Origin: Octopus vulgaris
Lineage: Eukaryota
Direction of reading: 5' to 3'
Length of the DNA: 64,000 bases
Assembly: GCA_951406725.2 (NCBI GenBank)
Contig: OX597818.1
Location: 114,266,001 to 114,330,000 of the forward strand
A program made the translations under genes and the position numbers. The notes below the pieces were generated by a model. It had not been told where the DNA came from. It did not search any database and saw only the letters and a list, made by a program, of their open reading frames with translations. Within the stretch, counting starts at the first letter, position 1. Every line of letters begins with the position of its first letter. This document shows, one piece after another, positions 13,128-26,344 of the stretch.

Positions 13128-13835
13128 ATGGCGACAAAGTGCAGACGACTGGCTGGCTGGATCCTAAGAACATTCAGAACCAGAGATAAGGAAACCATGA
13201 TGGTCCTCTGGCGGACATTCGTCCTCAGCCGCCTGGATTACTGCTCACAGCTATGGTCACCCACCAGTGTGAAATTAACAGCGGACCTTGAAGCAATCCA
13301 GAGAAGATTCGCAAAGAAGATCGTCTCTCTGCAACAGCTCAGCTACTGGGAAAGGTTGATACAGCTAAGACTCTACTCCCTGGAGAGAAGACGGGAGAGG
13401 TATGCAGTAATATATATCTGGAAGATCCTGGAAGGAATTGTGCCAAATTTTGGCATTGAAAGCTACACCAATGCTAGAACGGGACGACACTGCATAGTGC
13501 CAAAGATCCCAGCAATGCTATCACGCTTCAGGACCAGTTACGGCAACAGCTTCGGTTTCAAGGGCCCACAGCGTTTTAATATTCTCTCAAAGAGTCTGAG
13601 GAACTTGCACAAAGTAGATGTAGGGGTTTTTAAATCAAAGCTGGACTTCTTCCTGTAGAGAGTCCCAGATGAACCTACCTCACGGCAAGAGGTGCAAATG
13701 AGGGTAGCTATATCAAACTCCATTCGTCATCACGTGCCACATATTAGAGGAGGCTCTTAGAAATAACAGTGTAGAACAAAACGGCGGTGCATCAGCATGG
13801 CCACAGCTCTGAGCTGAAACCTAAAAAAAAAAAAT
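13128..13835 (+). mobile_element. 5'-truncated CR1-like LINE (ORF2 C-terminus, 3' UTR, A tail)
   Basis: ORF 13128-13658 with [10 protein letters not shown] and SLERRRERY motifs; 3' end cagcatggccacagctctgagctgaaac plus A run. Confidence 0.85.
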
Positions 13836-14140
13836 GAGTTAAGTATGTGACTCCTTGGAGAGATTTACTTTTTACTATATCTCCAATCCACAGTAAACTT
13901 ATGCAAATTTGAAAAACAAATCTCAGACTAAAGTTTAGTTATCCTTTCCGAATTGGAAACTATAAGTGACGTGGCTCTATTATGCCTGTTTGTTATCTTT
14001 ACTAGGTAATTTCTTTTTGAATGCAATTTTCGTCATGTGTGTAATTTTTTCCTGTGTAAGATCGATGCCTGTGCATCGACGCAGAAAATAAGAACACACA
14101 AAAGACGAAACAAACAAAGCCTTAATATATATATATATAT

Positions 14141-14307
14141 ATACTACAAAATTAGAGAATGGAGAAACATACTTAAATCAATAAAACATCAACCATCCGA
14201 TGATACCCAATCAATACTTTAATACACCATTACATATGAGTAAAGGCATTATACAAAATGAGATTTCGATCTTGAAAGGATGGACTTGGTGCAAACTTAA
14301 CTGTATC

Positions 14308-14377
<70 letters not shown>

Positions 14378-15190
14378 AGTAATTTTATTAACTTTTATAA
14401 CTTTAGAATTTTATGAACTGAACCATGGTTTTAATTTTAATTATTATTTTTCATCTCCCTATGTGTTAGTTTTTTTAAAAAAACTTTTAGCCAAATATGT
14501 ATAATATCGGTACTTATTAATATTAATATATACACTGATATATATTTTGTTTTATTTTGTTCTGCTTACCTTCCTTCATTGTACCAATGAGTATTATATT
14601 ATATAAGTGTAGCATTATGATGTATAAGTTTTTATATTTTATATTTTTATATTTTTATATTTATATGTATATGATTATATAATATTTTTCACAATTATAA
14701 CAAATTTAATTTAATTCTCTGAAGAGGCCGTGGGGCATCCTTGTTAATGCCTCATTTATACCTGCCTTTATGGCTTATAGGTTAAATGAGGTATGACTGC
14801 CCTCACTGCCGAAACAGCTGTCAGTTTTGATTTAATTGCATATTATATTTGAAATTTTTTACTTATATCTCTTTATCTTTTTACTATTACTGTATATCTC
14901 ATTTTGTATAATGCCTTTACTCATATGTAATGGTGTATTAAAGTATTGATTGGGTATCATCGGATGGTTGATGTTTTATTGATTTAAGTATGTTTCTCCA
15001 TTCTCTAATTTTGTAGTATTATTTACGGTAATATTATTACCTTTACCCATATAATACAATAGATGAACTGATTGTTTGACAATTTTTAACATCTATGTAT
15101 TAATCTTGTTGGGTACCTATCTGGCAGTATATTGGATATATATTATCCCATGGTGGGTTGAATTTTCAACCCCTATCTCATTTTATAACC
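14141..15190 (+). mobile_element. Penelope-like non-coding element with hammerhead and inverted duplication
   Basis: 14141-14264 is the reverse complement of ~14897-15019; HHR at 14717-14824; flanked by (TA)n; 3' end ~15100-15190 homologous to ~34880-34963. Confidence 0.7.
14717..14824 (+). ncRNA. Type-I hammerhead ribozyme motif with ~85-nt stem II
   Basis: ct-CTGAAGA-ggc...gcc-GAAA-cagctg-TC-ag; stem II pairs gtggggca/tgccctcac and tgcctcattta/taaatgaggta; predicted cleavage after C14822. Confidence 0.8.
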
Positions 15191-15253
<63 letters not shown>

Positions 15254-15357
15254 ACTATATAAATATATGCATATATACATATATGTATGTATATATGCAT
15301 ATATTTATATATTTACATTATTATATGATCGAACGCCACGCATCCGTTTCCAAGTAA

Positions 15358-15416
<59 letters not shown>

Positions 15417-15425
15417 GTGTGTGTG

Positions 15426-15490
<65 letters not shown>

Positions 15491-16356
15491 ATATGTATAT
15501 GCATATACATGTATATATGTATGTATGTGTGTGTGTGTGTGTGTGTGCGTACACATCTTTGCGTCTGTATTTGTTGACCACCACCGCTTAACAAGCCTTT
15601 TCCTGTAACTTAGCAGTTCAGTGAAAGAAATCAATATAATAATTACAAGACTTTTTAAAAAATGATAAGTACTGGGCTCGATTCATTCGACTAAAACATC
15701 TTCAAACGGTGCTCCAGCATGGTCGCAGTCTAATCACTAATAAAAGATAAATAAATGGAAATACAATAAAACTAGAATTTTTTCTTGTGTTGCTATATTT
15801 CCCTTCATTTATGCTATTCATTCGATTGAGCGTCACCTTAGCATCATATCTTATTTATTCCATTGTGTAATTTGAATATCTGAAAATCAATTAAAGAGCA
15901 GTCAACGGGGATTGAAAATTATCATTTTTCTTTTGTTTCAGCAATAATCGTTGATGCTTGGTTTGTAATAACAAATAAAAGAAACAGAAGGCTAATTAAT
16001 GCTATTGAGAAGACTGTTCAATTATCTGTACCCATCGATATAAAAATTTTATATGTTGCAATCAAAACAAATGCAGCATAATATTGCCTTTATTTTACTG
16101 CTTACTCAAATACACGCATAGACATGCAGACATTTATTTAATCGAAGCTGAAGCTTTGCCCCATTCCTTGGACACTATACAGAGAAGCGTATCCAAGGAA
16201 TGCCGACAAGTTTAAATTCTTCACGCGTGTAGAAGTCGACTCTCTTTAAAAGTCTGCTCTCTTTAAAATCATTAATCAGTTCGTTGTCGGCAAAATAGCT
16301 TGGCAAAAATTAACAACAATAATTATCTTGTTGTTGTTGTTTGTTTTTTTTTTTTT

Positions 16357-16674
16357 TGTTTGTTGAGCGAAGCGGTCTTCGTCCCAGAGCTCGCAAGATC
16401 GCGCCTCAGGATTGTCTGTAGTGGGAGAAGTCCGAAACGTGGTACTTTGCTATTCGTAAGACTCGCAGAAGAGAAAGCTGGTCAGCCCTCGATACCGAGG
16501 CATCCAGGCTCAGCGGTTGCGTAGGAAGTCGGGGACAAGAAACAGGAAGAAAGAGTAAGTTGGAGCGAAAAAGTACAAGGGTCGCCACCATTCCCTGCCG
16601 GAGCCTCGTGGAGCTTTTGGTGTTTTCGCTCAATAAACACACAACGCCCGATCACTGGGCCATTGCGCCTCCAC
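16357..16674 (-). mobile_element. SINE group B head with a different 3' body
   Basis: 16525-16674 matches group B 5' part; 16357-16525 is a distinct body ending in an ACAA-like tail. Confidence 0.7.
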
Positions 16675-17034
16675 TGTTGTTGTTGTTGCCTAACTGCCGG
16701 TTAGCGTTGATCGACCAATAACAGTCCAATTGTCAAACACATTCAGACCGTATCTATCTCTTCATCTTGTCCTTCCACTATTTTAAGACGGTAGATTATG
16801 TTTTGAGTGAGGGAAATTAGGTTATTACAAATCAAGCAACCGCGTAAAAGCCCTCCTTCAGTGAGTAATTTACCATTTTTTTTATGCAAGTGGGATTCTA
16901 TTCTGTTTGTATTGAAAGAACTTCTTTAAATCTCATTTTATTTTCCGATGAATCTTAGATCTCATAAGACTTTTGATAAAAATTCAACTAAGGTAGGCTA
17001 TTGCTGTAAACATTTTCCAGGAGCCCCAATAACC

Positions 17035-17098
<64 letters not shown>

Positions 17099-17108
17099 TA
17101 ATAATAAT
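17035..17108. repeat. (TAA)n microsatellite at LINE 5' junction
   Basis: Trinucleotide array directly abutting the RT fragment. Confidence 0.95.
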
Positions 17109-17822
17109 ATGCTATCTGATATGCTAAATAGAACTGGATGCGGATATAAATGTTACGGCAAAACGATCAGCCACCTTTTATATATGGATGACCTAAAACT
17201 ATACGCTGCAAATGACAAACAGCTGGAAACACTATTAAAGACAGTTCATGGATTTACCAAAGAAATAGATATGAAATTTGGATTAGAAAAATGCGCCAAA
17301 GTAATCCTGAAAAGAGGAAAACTAGTTAAGAGTAACAACATCACACTAGATAAAACCAATGAAATAAAAGAATTAGACCAAAGCCAAACTTACAAATACT
17401 TAGGAATCCATGAACTAGATAAGACACAACACACACAAATGAAAGAGAAAATAAAAAAAGAATATTATAGACGAGTTAGATCAATACTAAACACAGAGCT
17501 CAATGCTAAAAACAAGATAATAGGTATCAACACTTTAGCTGTCCCATTTATAAGTTACAGCTACAATATCCTTAACTGGACACGAAAGGAACTGACCAAA
17601 ATAGATAGGAAAACAAGAAAAATAATGACAGGATCTAGGATGCATCACCCAAAATCTGACATAGAAAGACTATATATACAACGTATAGAAGGTGGTAGAG
17701 GCCTTATACAGCTGGAAAACTACTATAAAATAACCACCATAGGATTGCAAAAATATCTACTTCAGAAGGAAGGAAAACTGATCCAGATAGCGGCAATACA
17801 CGAGCAAAACAAAAAACTGTTT
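17109..17822 (+). mobile_element. R4/Dong-type LINE reverse transcriptase fragment
   Basis: 238-aa ORF with ISHLLYMDDLKLY, FGLEKCAK, YKYLGI and GGRGL; homologous to 60815-62815. Confidence 0.9.
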
Positions 17823-17974
17823 TGACTGCTGTGTCGCCATTTTTCGGTGTATTTCAACCAGAAATTGTTCAATAAAGAGAATAACAAGCTACATAATGCA
17901 AAATTTTTACTTTTCCAAAATTCCAATTCTAAAGGGTCGAAACAAACCCGAGCAACGCCGGGCGATACTACTAA
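17821..17974 (+). mobile_element. Non-autonomous Helitron 3' fragment
   Basis: Near-identical to ~31060-31214; hairpin cccgagcaacgccggg then ctaa (decayed CTAG). Confidence 0.8.
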
Positions 17975-18216
17975 TTTAGTAGCATAATTTTGCAAATAAC
18001 TCTTATAACATTCTCCACTAAGGTTACGTTATTCCATTGCATTAAATCAGCGTTTGCTACGGCATTCAAGCCTTGCTTTCTCTATTTGAATTTTCATGCG
18101 TTCTTTTCTTTTCATAGTTGTCCGTAGAATAACGATTTGTAAAGATTCGGCTTCCAATAAAATATATCACTTCTTTCCTCCTCTTTTGCTTTTCTTGTTC
18201 ATGCATGCTTGTTTAC

Positions 18217-18295
<79 letters not shown>

Positions 18296-18479
18296 CCCCT
18301 TTACACTTTACATCATGACATTTCTGTGATACACGATTCCTATTGATCGTTTTTTTCCTCCCTTTTACAATCCCTTTTGATCGAAAACCTACCCCACTTT
18401 CTTTTCTCCCAAAAAAGAAAAGCTCTACTTTGTAATCTGTCCCGTCTGTGTGCAGCTTTGTGTGGCTAATATAGAAACA

Positions 18480-18558
<79 letters not shown>

Positions 18559-18879
18559 ACATACATACATACATACATACATACATACACACACACACAC
18601 TTATACATACATATAATTTGATGATATATCCTTGACACATTTGCAAATGGTTTTGGAGAAGACGTCACGATCCTATTTGAATAAACTAATAAATGTCATT
18701 GTTGTTTAAAAGCAATTCTTTGATCTGAAAAGATCTTAGTCATGATCACACACACTTGAATTAAATGAAAACTATGGGATCGGTTCAGTCTATCTGCAGC
18801 ACAATTGCCTGAGAATCTTTTATATCTCCCCCAAGGAACTGAAAGACAGGGACAATCTCGACAAGATTTGAATCATTAT

Positions 18880-19765
18880 TGGTTTCATATTTTGTTACAA
18901 GGTCAGCAGTTTCGGAGAAGGTTGTAAGTCGATTACAACGCCCCCAGTGCTCAACTAGTACCTATGTTATCAACCCCTAAATGCTTAAGGCAAAGTCATT
19001 CTCGTTGGCATTTGAACTCAGAATGTTAAGTCGGAAGAAATGCGGCTAAGCATTTTTTCCGGCGCGCTAACGATTCGGCCAGCTCACCATCTCAGACTGA
19101 AAAGTAATATTGATTTCAAATTTTGGCACGAGGCCAGCAATTTCGGTGAAGTGGGCAAGTCGTTTACATCGAGCCCAGCGTTCGACCGGTTCTTATTTTA
19201 TCTCCCTGTAAGAATAAAAGGCAATGTCGACCTCAATCGTCGGAATCTGAGATCAGAAGTAGAGGTGGACGTAATGCCATTAAGCAAGTTGCCTGGCATG
19301 CTGACCATTCTGTCAATTCCCCGTCTTATGGATTTGAAGTAATATTGATTTCAAATTTTTTGGAGGAGGTGCAAGTATATTACATTGACCCCAGTTCTCA
19401 ACTAGTACAGAGTTCTTCCGAGGAACTGGAACTCAGAAAATAAAGATAGACGAAATACTTATTTCTTTACTACCCACAAGGGGCTAAACACAGAGGGGAC
19501 ATACAAGGACAGACAAATGGATTAAGTCGAGTACATCGACCCCAGTGCATAACTGGTACTTATTTAATCGACCCCGAAAGGATGAAAGGCAAAGTCGATC
19601 TCGGTGGAATTTGAACTCAGAACGTAATGGCAGACGAAATACGGCTACACATTTCGCCCGGCGTGCTAACGGTTCTGCCAGCTCGCTGCCTTACATAAAG
19701 TTAGAAGAAATACAGCTAAGCATTTTGCCCGGCATGCTTAACGATTCTGCTAATTCGCCGCCTTA
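18880..19765 (-). mobile_element. Cluster of SINE group C copies including a 184-bp tandem unit
   Basis: Repeated gaactcagaa and ccgaaaggatgaaaggcaaagtcga motifs; 19429 to 19613 spacing is 184 bp. Confidence 0.8.
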
Positions 19766-21194
19766 TAAATTTCAAGTAATACTGGAGGAAAATTAAACAC
19801 CTCAAAATATGTTGTCCAGTGTGTTATATTTGAAGATTTCTGAAGTTAGCGCAAGATCAACCACAAGGTAGCAATGATATAGACTTTTCGCTAAAATATC
19901 AGTAATTGATTGGTACTAATTTTATCGGCCCAGAAAGATACAAGATTAAACTGATCTTAGATTTCAACTCAAAAACATAATCTTATTCGGTATTTAATCT
20001 GATGCCCTGTTCAATAATGTTACCTAGTCTTCGAGTGCGTTTCGCCGAGTGTGCTACGTTGCAAGCGCTCGTGCCAAGACTCCAGTTCTTAAGTACAACT
20101 TACTCCCTTCTTTTATCCAAACCGGGAATCCCTAAAACAACCCTTAAGAAATTCTTTTTCTCTTCTCACGAAGCCGTAAACAATACCGTCAGAAATTTGC
20201 GTTGCCATTTATCTGATTATCACATCACTGTCTTTGTTTGGAGATCAATAAAGCTACAAGTACAGAAACATATTTTAAAATACAAGTTTACACAGGTTTA
20301 TTCCTGTCAGTAGACATTCGTCATGTCTTCGTTCCAAAACACTTACCATGAAATACAAACAAACAACACGGTTTTGAAATGTTAATATCCCCTTCTCGAA
20401 TTTTCTTAATACTGATTTCTAACCAGTACTTGGCAATATATTTTTAGTAGAGTGCAACAGCAAATTTAATCAACTTCTGGTGCGATTAGTACTTGCTTTT
20501 CCGTCTTCGTTTTCTTTCCTCTTCTTCTTGTTTTTTTATCGATTCTGAAAGATGAAAGACAAATTCATCGTTGACGAGGCTTATCACGAATTAACTCTAA
20601 AGGGACATCAACTAAATGTAAGACATTTCTCAAAACACTTACTTCAGCAATTTGCCGTTTCTGTATTTACACTACACTCAACAATATTACCAGACATGTG
20701 AGTGCTGTGGCAGGCTGACTCGACTATGCGTAGCACTCTCAACTGATGCGATGAGTGTTCAATTCCAGTCCTCGGCGTCGTTCCTGGTCAACATTAATCC
20801 AATCCCTACCTTTAGTCATTGTCAAGATAAACTTTAATAGGAACAGTGCAGCCGGCTGTATTGTTCCTATGCGCGTTCACTTAGCTACACGGCGAAAAAA
20901 GATTGCTTCGAAAGTATGGGGTTACAGCTTCAATTCTGCTATATCCTTTTTGTCTTCTCCCATATCCCAGAGGCACCAAAAGGTTGGTGAGTAAACATTA
21001 GGGAACGGAATCTGTGCGGAAATCCGTCGGAGCGACAATTCTTCTTTTTTGGTATTAGATTTTACCCCTAAAACCTTCCCTTCTCGTACATGTATCAGAA
21101 GCACTGAAAAACAAAATCATGGGACTGGGTCTTTCTTCTTTGAGTTTGAAGAAAAAATAGTTACAGCTAATGGGTACATACACACACACACATA

Positions 21195-21290
<96 letters not shown>

Positions 21291-21291
21291 G

Positions 21292-21471
21292 CGAGGGCGT
21301 GCTAAAAAGTACTTGGCTTTAAGGGTATTGCGAAAGGAGAGGTTGAAGGCCCAACCGCTTCAATAAGTGCGTGAATCTGAGAGGGGAATATGTTATTGCA
21401 TAAAATCGTAATTAGCTGGATCCTCCAGAATTTACTTTTATCCAAAGTCAGCGATTTTGCAGCACACCCTC

Positions 21472-21472
<1 letters not shown>
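21292..21472. mobile_element. Mariner-type MITE
   Basis: Imperfect TIRs cgagggcgtgctaaaaag / gcagcacaccctcg within (TA)n; same terminus type as 6205-6327. Confidence 0.7.
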
Positions 21473-21521
<49 letters not shown>

Positions 21522-21664
21522 AATAGCTATTCTTAGCGTTACTTGTCCTGATTTCCATTTGTTCCTCTCGTTGTTCGCGTATTGAACTCATTTGTTTTCG
21601 CTTTTCATGTTGTTACAGTTTACAGTTGGTGACGTCTTGTACCTATATATGCATATGTATATAC

Positions 21665-21870
21665 ACTTACTCTTTACTTGTTTCAGTCATTTGACTGTGG
21701 CCATGCTGGGGCACCGCCTTTAGTCGAGCAAATCGACCTCAGAACTTATTCTTTGGAAGCCTAGTACTTATTCTATCGGTCTTTTTTGCCGATCCGCTAA
21801 GTTACGGGGACATAAACACACCACCATCGGTTGTCAAGCGATGTTGGGGGCACAAACTCAGACACACAAA
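21665..21870 (-). mobile_element. SINE group A, 3' half
   Basis: Reverse complement of ~12590-12785. Confidence 0.85.
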
Positions 21871-21899
21871 CATATACATATATATGGGATGGAATTCAA

Positions 21900-22282
21900 G
21901 GAATGAAGATAGAGGTGACAGTAAGAGGGGATGTACTGTGTCGGAGGATATTAACAAAGGTAATGTTAAGGTGAAGACCCCCTTTGGTCATGAATGACCA
22001 TGAGATTGCACCAAAGAAGTAACCCCCCGAAACACAAGTCCGAGCAAGGTTGTTTATGGAAGACCAGTAACCGCCCACGCATGCCAGCCTCCCCTCTTCA
22101 TGTCACTGGTGTTATCCAAGGGAAAGGCAAAGGGGCCGATACAGTTTGGCACCTGTGACGTCGCAACTCATTTCTACAGCTGAGTGAACTGAAGCAACGT
22201 GAAATAAAATGTCTCGCTCAAGAACACAACATGTAGCCCACTCCGGGATTCGAACTCACGCTGTGATTACTAAGCCATGCAC
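21900..22282 (-). mobile_element. tRNA-headed SINE (group B alternative head, another body)
   Basis: Minus-strand B box gagttcgaatccc and cacgttgcttcagttcactcagctg shared with 6492 and 52075 copies. Confidence 0.6.
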
Positions 22283-22823
22283 CTTTACAAAGGTAATGTT
22301 AAGAAGACCTATATTTAGTAGAATGCTTATGTTACTCGTGTGATCAAGTTGTAACTTAATATTACGATTATCGTAATTACGGAGTCACACAGGTTTCGCA
22401 AAACGGGAAAACGATGCGTAGTACCTGTATTTATACGAAAGGATTACATCTGTGTTTATCCGGAAGTAATGAAAAGTTGTTGTTTCGAAGGATGGTGAGC
22501 GATTCCCTTAAACCCAGATTACAATCGACAAGGTTATTGTACAAACGCTAGGGTTATTGTTGATAATGAACAGGAGCGAGTAAGGAATATTTAAGGATTT
22601 GAGGTTGTGTATATAACTTGCTAAAGAGGTAGTTGATTTAAAAGTTAGAATGGATTGGAGAAAGAGTTCATATGTGCACGGTAACATTTCTTCATATCAA
22701 CTGTGCCATCAATATAGACCCCTGAATGCCACAAAGTGCTTTCTATATTCAGATTCTCCCGATTTCGTTTATTGACTCTCTTTCTGTCCCTCTCCCTGAA
22801 TATTTATATATGTATATATATAT

Positions 22824-23005
<182 letters not shown>

Positions 23006-23029
23006 AATAAAATTATTGTTAAGGAATAT

Positions 23030-23069
<40 letters not shown>

Positions 23070-23263
23070 CATATACAAATGTATATATATGTATGTGCGT
23101 GTATATATATATATATATATATATATAAAAGTATGTGTGTGTATATATATATATGCCTGTATCAATACATGTATATATCATATTTATAGGCGCATATTTA
23201 TTATATACGCACGCATACACATGCATATATATATGTAATTAGATATATATATACATGTATATA

Positions 23264-23309
<46 letters not shown>

Positions 23310-23399
23310 CATATGTGTACATATATATGTATATATATACATATATATATGTAATAGATACATACACATAGACGCATACATACGTACATAAATACATAC

Positions 23400-23452
<53 letters not shown>

Positions 23453-23489
23453 CATAAATATATATATACATATATGATATGATGCATCT

Positions 23490-24224
23490 TTCCAAATGCA
23501 TATTGCTAATCTGGTGATAAAATGCAGACGGCTAGCTGGATGGATTCTCCGAACTTTCAGAACAAGAGAGAAGGAGACACTGATGGTCCTATGGAAAACA
23601 TTTGTCCTCAGCCGCTTGGACTACTGCTCCCAACTTTGGTCACCACACAATATAAAACAAACAGCAGAACTCGAAGCAACTCAGAGAAGCTACACAAAGA
23701 AAATCGTCTCAATGCAAAATGTCAGCTACTGGGAAAGACTGAAGGTATTAAACCTCTTCTCCCTGGAGCGGAGGCGGAGAGATATGCAGTAATATACATC
23801 TGGAAAATCCTGGAGGGTCTTGTCCCAAACTTTGGCATTCAAAGTTACTCCAACCGCAGAACGGGCGCCGCTGCGTGGTGCCAAGGATTCCAACATCACC
23901 ATCAAAATACAGGTCCAGATACTGCAACAGCTTGGGTTTCAGAGGACCACAGCTTTTCAACATCCTCCCTAAATGCCTGAGAGACTTACATGGTGTGGAT
24001 GTGGGTTTCTTTAAAACTAAACTGGATCTCTTCTTGTTGGGAGTCCCAGATGAACCTACCTCACGACAGGAGACACGGATGCGGGCAGCAGCATCGAACT
24101 CCCTTGTTGATCAAGTGCCACGTATCAGAGGTGGATTCACAAACTAGTGTGGCTCATTCAGCGGTGGTGCCCCAGCATGGCGCGGCCTTCGGGCTAAAAC
24201 ATTTTTAAGGATTTAAGGATTTAA

Positions 24225-24226
<2 letters not shown>
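23490..24226 (+). mobile_element. 5'-truncated CR1-like LINE, frameshifted
   Basis: ORFs 23496-23792, 23522-23980 and 23875-24147 jointly match 13128-13658; (TTTAAGGA)n tail; inserted in (TA)n. Confidence 0.85.
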
Positions 24227-24267
<41 letters not shown>

Positions 24268-24301
24268 CATATATATATATGTATATATAAATATATATAT
24301 G

Positions 24302-24399
<98 letters not shown>

Positions 24400-24754
24400 T
24401 ACATATATACTTATGAATACGCATACATACATGATTAGAATATGTGCATATATATGTATATATAATTAATATGTACATATAGGCAAAAAATCAATTTATT
24501 ATTGTGCAGGATAGAACAGGTTGTCTACGTTGTCCATCAAAATCAATGTTCTGCCGTCTTCTTTTTGACAAGGTGGGTGTGTTTGTATCTGATGGCTACA
24601 GCAAGCCTATTTGAATGTACTTAATGGCTGAAGTAAACATGTTTTAATACGCAGAAAAATGAAATCGGTGAGGTGAAATATCGATAGATTGTCTTATGTT
24701 TTTCCAACATAACAGAAACCGTAAGTCAAAATTGAGGTGGGGTGAGGAAATAGA

Positions 24755-24945
24755 TATTGGGTTGGTGTATAATTATTGCGACTTTTTTTCAACAAATTTT
24801 ATTCAACAAAAGCAATAACAATATTTAACAAAAATATCTTTAAATGACGGTCTGACCGTCTGCTAATCAAATGGGAAGTAGTAATTGTGGTAGATGGTGA
24901 ATGTGCTCCAGAATAATAATTTAAAGATGGTTTTGTTTTTTCATC
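24755..24945. mobile_element. Mariner remnant
   Basis: TIR-like ttgggttggtgtataattattgcg and C-terminal peptide KWEVVIVVDGECAPE*. Confidence 0.45.
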
Positions 24946-25307
24946 GCATGGCTGTGGAAGAACCTTCTGGAGTTATTAATTTATTTGACCAGCATCCCGT
25001 GTTTTTGAACTGTCTGCTATGTCACTTGTGATGTGCTGGTGGCCGCTAATATCTGAAGAACCAAAACAATTCACGATGTCACATCCTCCCAACACTGGAC
25101 GATCTCGTTGAGTTGCCTGTTTATCACATCACACCTATATCATACAGTTCTATATTTAGAACCCACGGGCATATGGCGTAGTGGTTAAGAGCGCGGGCTA
25201 CCAACCCCAAGATTCCGAATTCGATTCCAGACAGTGACCTGAATGATAATAATAATAATAATAATAATAGCAATAATAATAATAATAGCAATAATAATAA
25301 TAATAAT

Positions 25308-25660
25308 ATGGCATCTCAAAGGCGACTACAGTACCAGTGATTGTAGTATCTCTAGGAATGATAAAAAGAGGTACTGAAACCTATTTGAAAATGATACCAC
25401 GCTTACCATCCCTACAGAAAGTGCAAAAAATCGGTTAACTGGAACGACTCATGTACTGAGAAGAGCATTATTGCGGTGAAAACAGCATCCATTCATGAAT
25501 TTATATATTAATTATTTTTTTAAAATACATATTTTATCTGTGAATTTGCGTGTGTAATCTGGGAATGCATACAATGAGCTTTTCTGCCCTAGGTGTACGG
25601 AAAACTCTCGGCGAGAAATGGAAGAAAATTTGAAGAAAGAAGGTAAAAATATGATAATAA
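25308..25660 (+). mobile_element. R4/Dong-type LINE extreme 3' fragment
   Basis: Encodes WHLK..VPVIVVSLGMIKRGTETYLKMIPRLPSLQKVQK..LTGTTHVLRRAL; 3' UTR matches 60640-60715; bounded by TAA repeats. Confidence 0.85.
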
Positions 25661-25714
25661 TAACAACATCGAAAATACCTTAGGAATGAGAACCCAGGTT
25701 CGAAATTTCCTGAA

Positions 25715-25760
25715 GACACCTGATGAAGGCTGGAGGGTGTATCAGCCGAAACGTTGTGTT
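25715..25760 (+). ncRNA. Minimal type-I hammerhead ribozyme motif
   Basis: gacac-CTGATGA-a-ggctg gagggtgtat cagcc-GAAA-cg-TT-gtgtt: 5-bp stems I and II, palindromic AACGTT in place of stem III. Confidence 0.85.
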
Positions 25761-26223
25761 AACAACAAACAAGATGCGGACAAATATCTGTCAAATGTAA
25801 ATAATGTATATTTGGTCTATTATTCCTTATGCAAAGCAAATGAAAACTAATTTGATCAAGTTAATTTGCTAGTTGATCAAATGAAAACTAATTAGCTACT
25901 GAAACATGAAATCAATGATTGCAGAATACAATTATGTTTATTATAACAAACGAAATATTTCGCATAATAGAAGTAAAATTAGTTAAAACTTGTTTGGTAT
26001 GTGTAACAGCGCATTTTGCTTTTGTTCTTGCCCCTCCCTAACTTTGGAGGGGTAAATAAAACGATAGAAGAGACAAGCCTATTGCTGACTGCATCCTTTT
26101 TCATACCTGAATGTTTTTAATAGCACACCAAGTTAACGTTGCTGCGTTAACCGATGGCCTGTTACTCTGTCATACTTAGGGTTCCTTTTTGACAGCTGGA
26201 TGTAGCGGAGTAACGTGAAGTGA

Positions 26224-26321
26224 AGGCGGCGATTTGGCAGAAACGTTAGCAGGCCGGGCGAAATGCTTAGCGGTATTTCGTCTGCCGCTACGTTCTGAGT
26301 TCGAATTCCGCCGAGGTCGAC
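26224..26321 (+). mobile_element. SINE group C head
   Basis: ggcggcgatttggcagaaacgttag...gagttcgaattcc (A/B-box-like). Confidence 0.8.
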
Positions 26322-26344
26322 AATTGAATTACAAATAATGCTTA

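Larger units (their letters stand above)
25165..25808 (+). mobile_element. tRNA-headed SINE with 3' hammerhead, split by an R4/Dong fragment
   Basis: A box tggcgtagtgg, B box gaattcgattcc, (TAA)n linker, LINE insert, then HHR-containing tail ~25660-25808. Confidence 0.7.

Noticed and set aside
13800-13822. Stem-loop plus GAAAC at CR1 and SINE A 3' ends (also ~56140) as hammerhead halves
   Set aside because: No CUGANGA or consistent UH; these are LINE 3' signals. This mimicry is also a caveat for the half-motif calls.
16145-16305. Adjacent hairpins (cattccttgga/tccaaggaatg, gccgacaa/ttgtcggc)
   Set aside because: Real short complementarity, but single copy in the window and no recognisable RNA or TE motif.
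16400-16445. ggatt...agtcc-GAAA-cg-TG
   Set aside because: No CUGANGA core and G at the cleavage position.
20104-20131. Possible minus-strand micro-exon (ttttag...gtaagt)
   Set aside because: Only 28 bp with no companion exons; such signals arise by chance.
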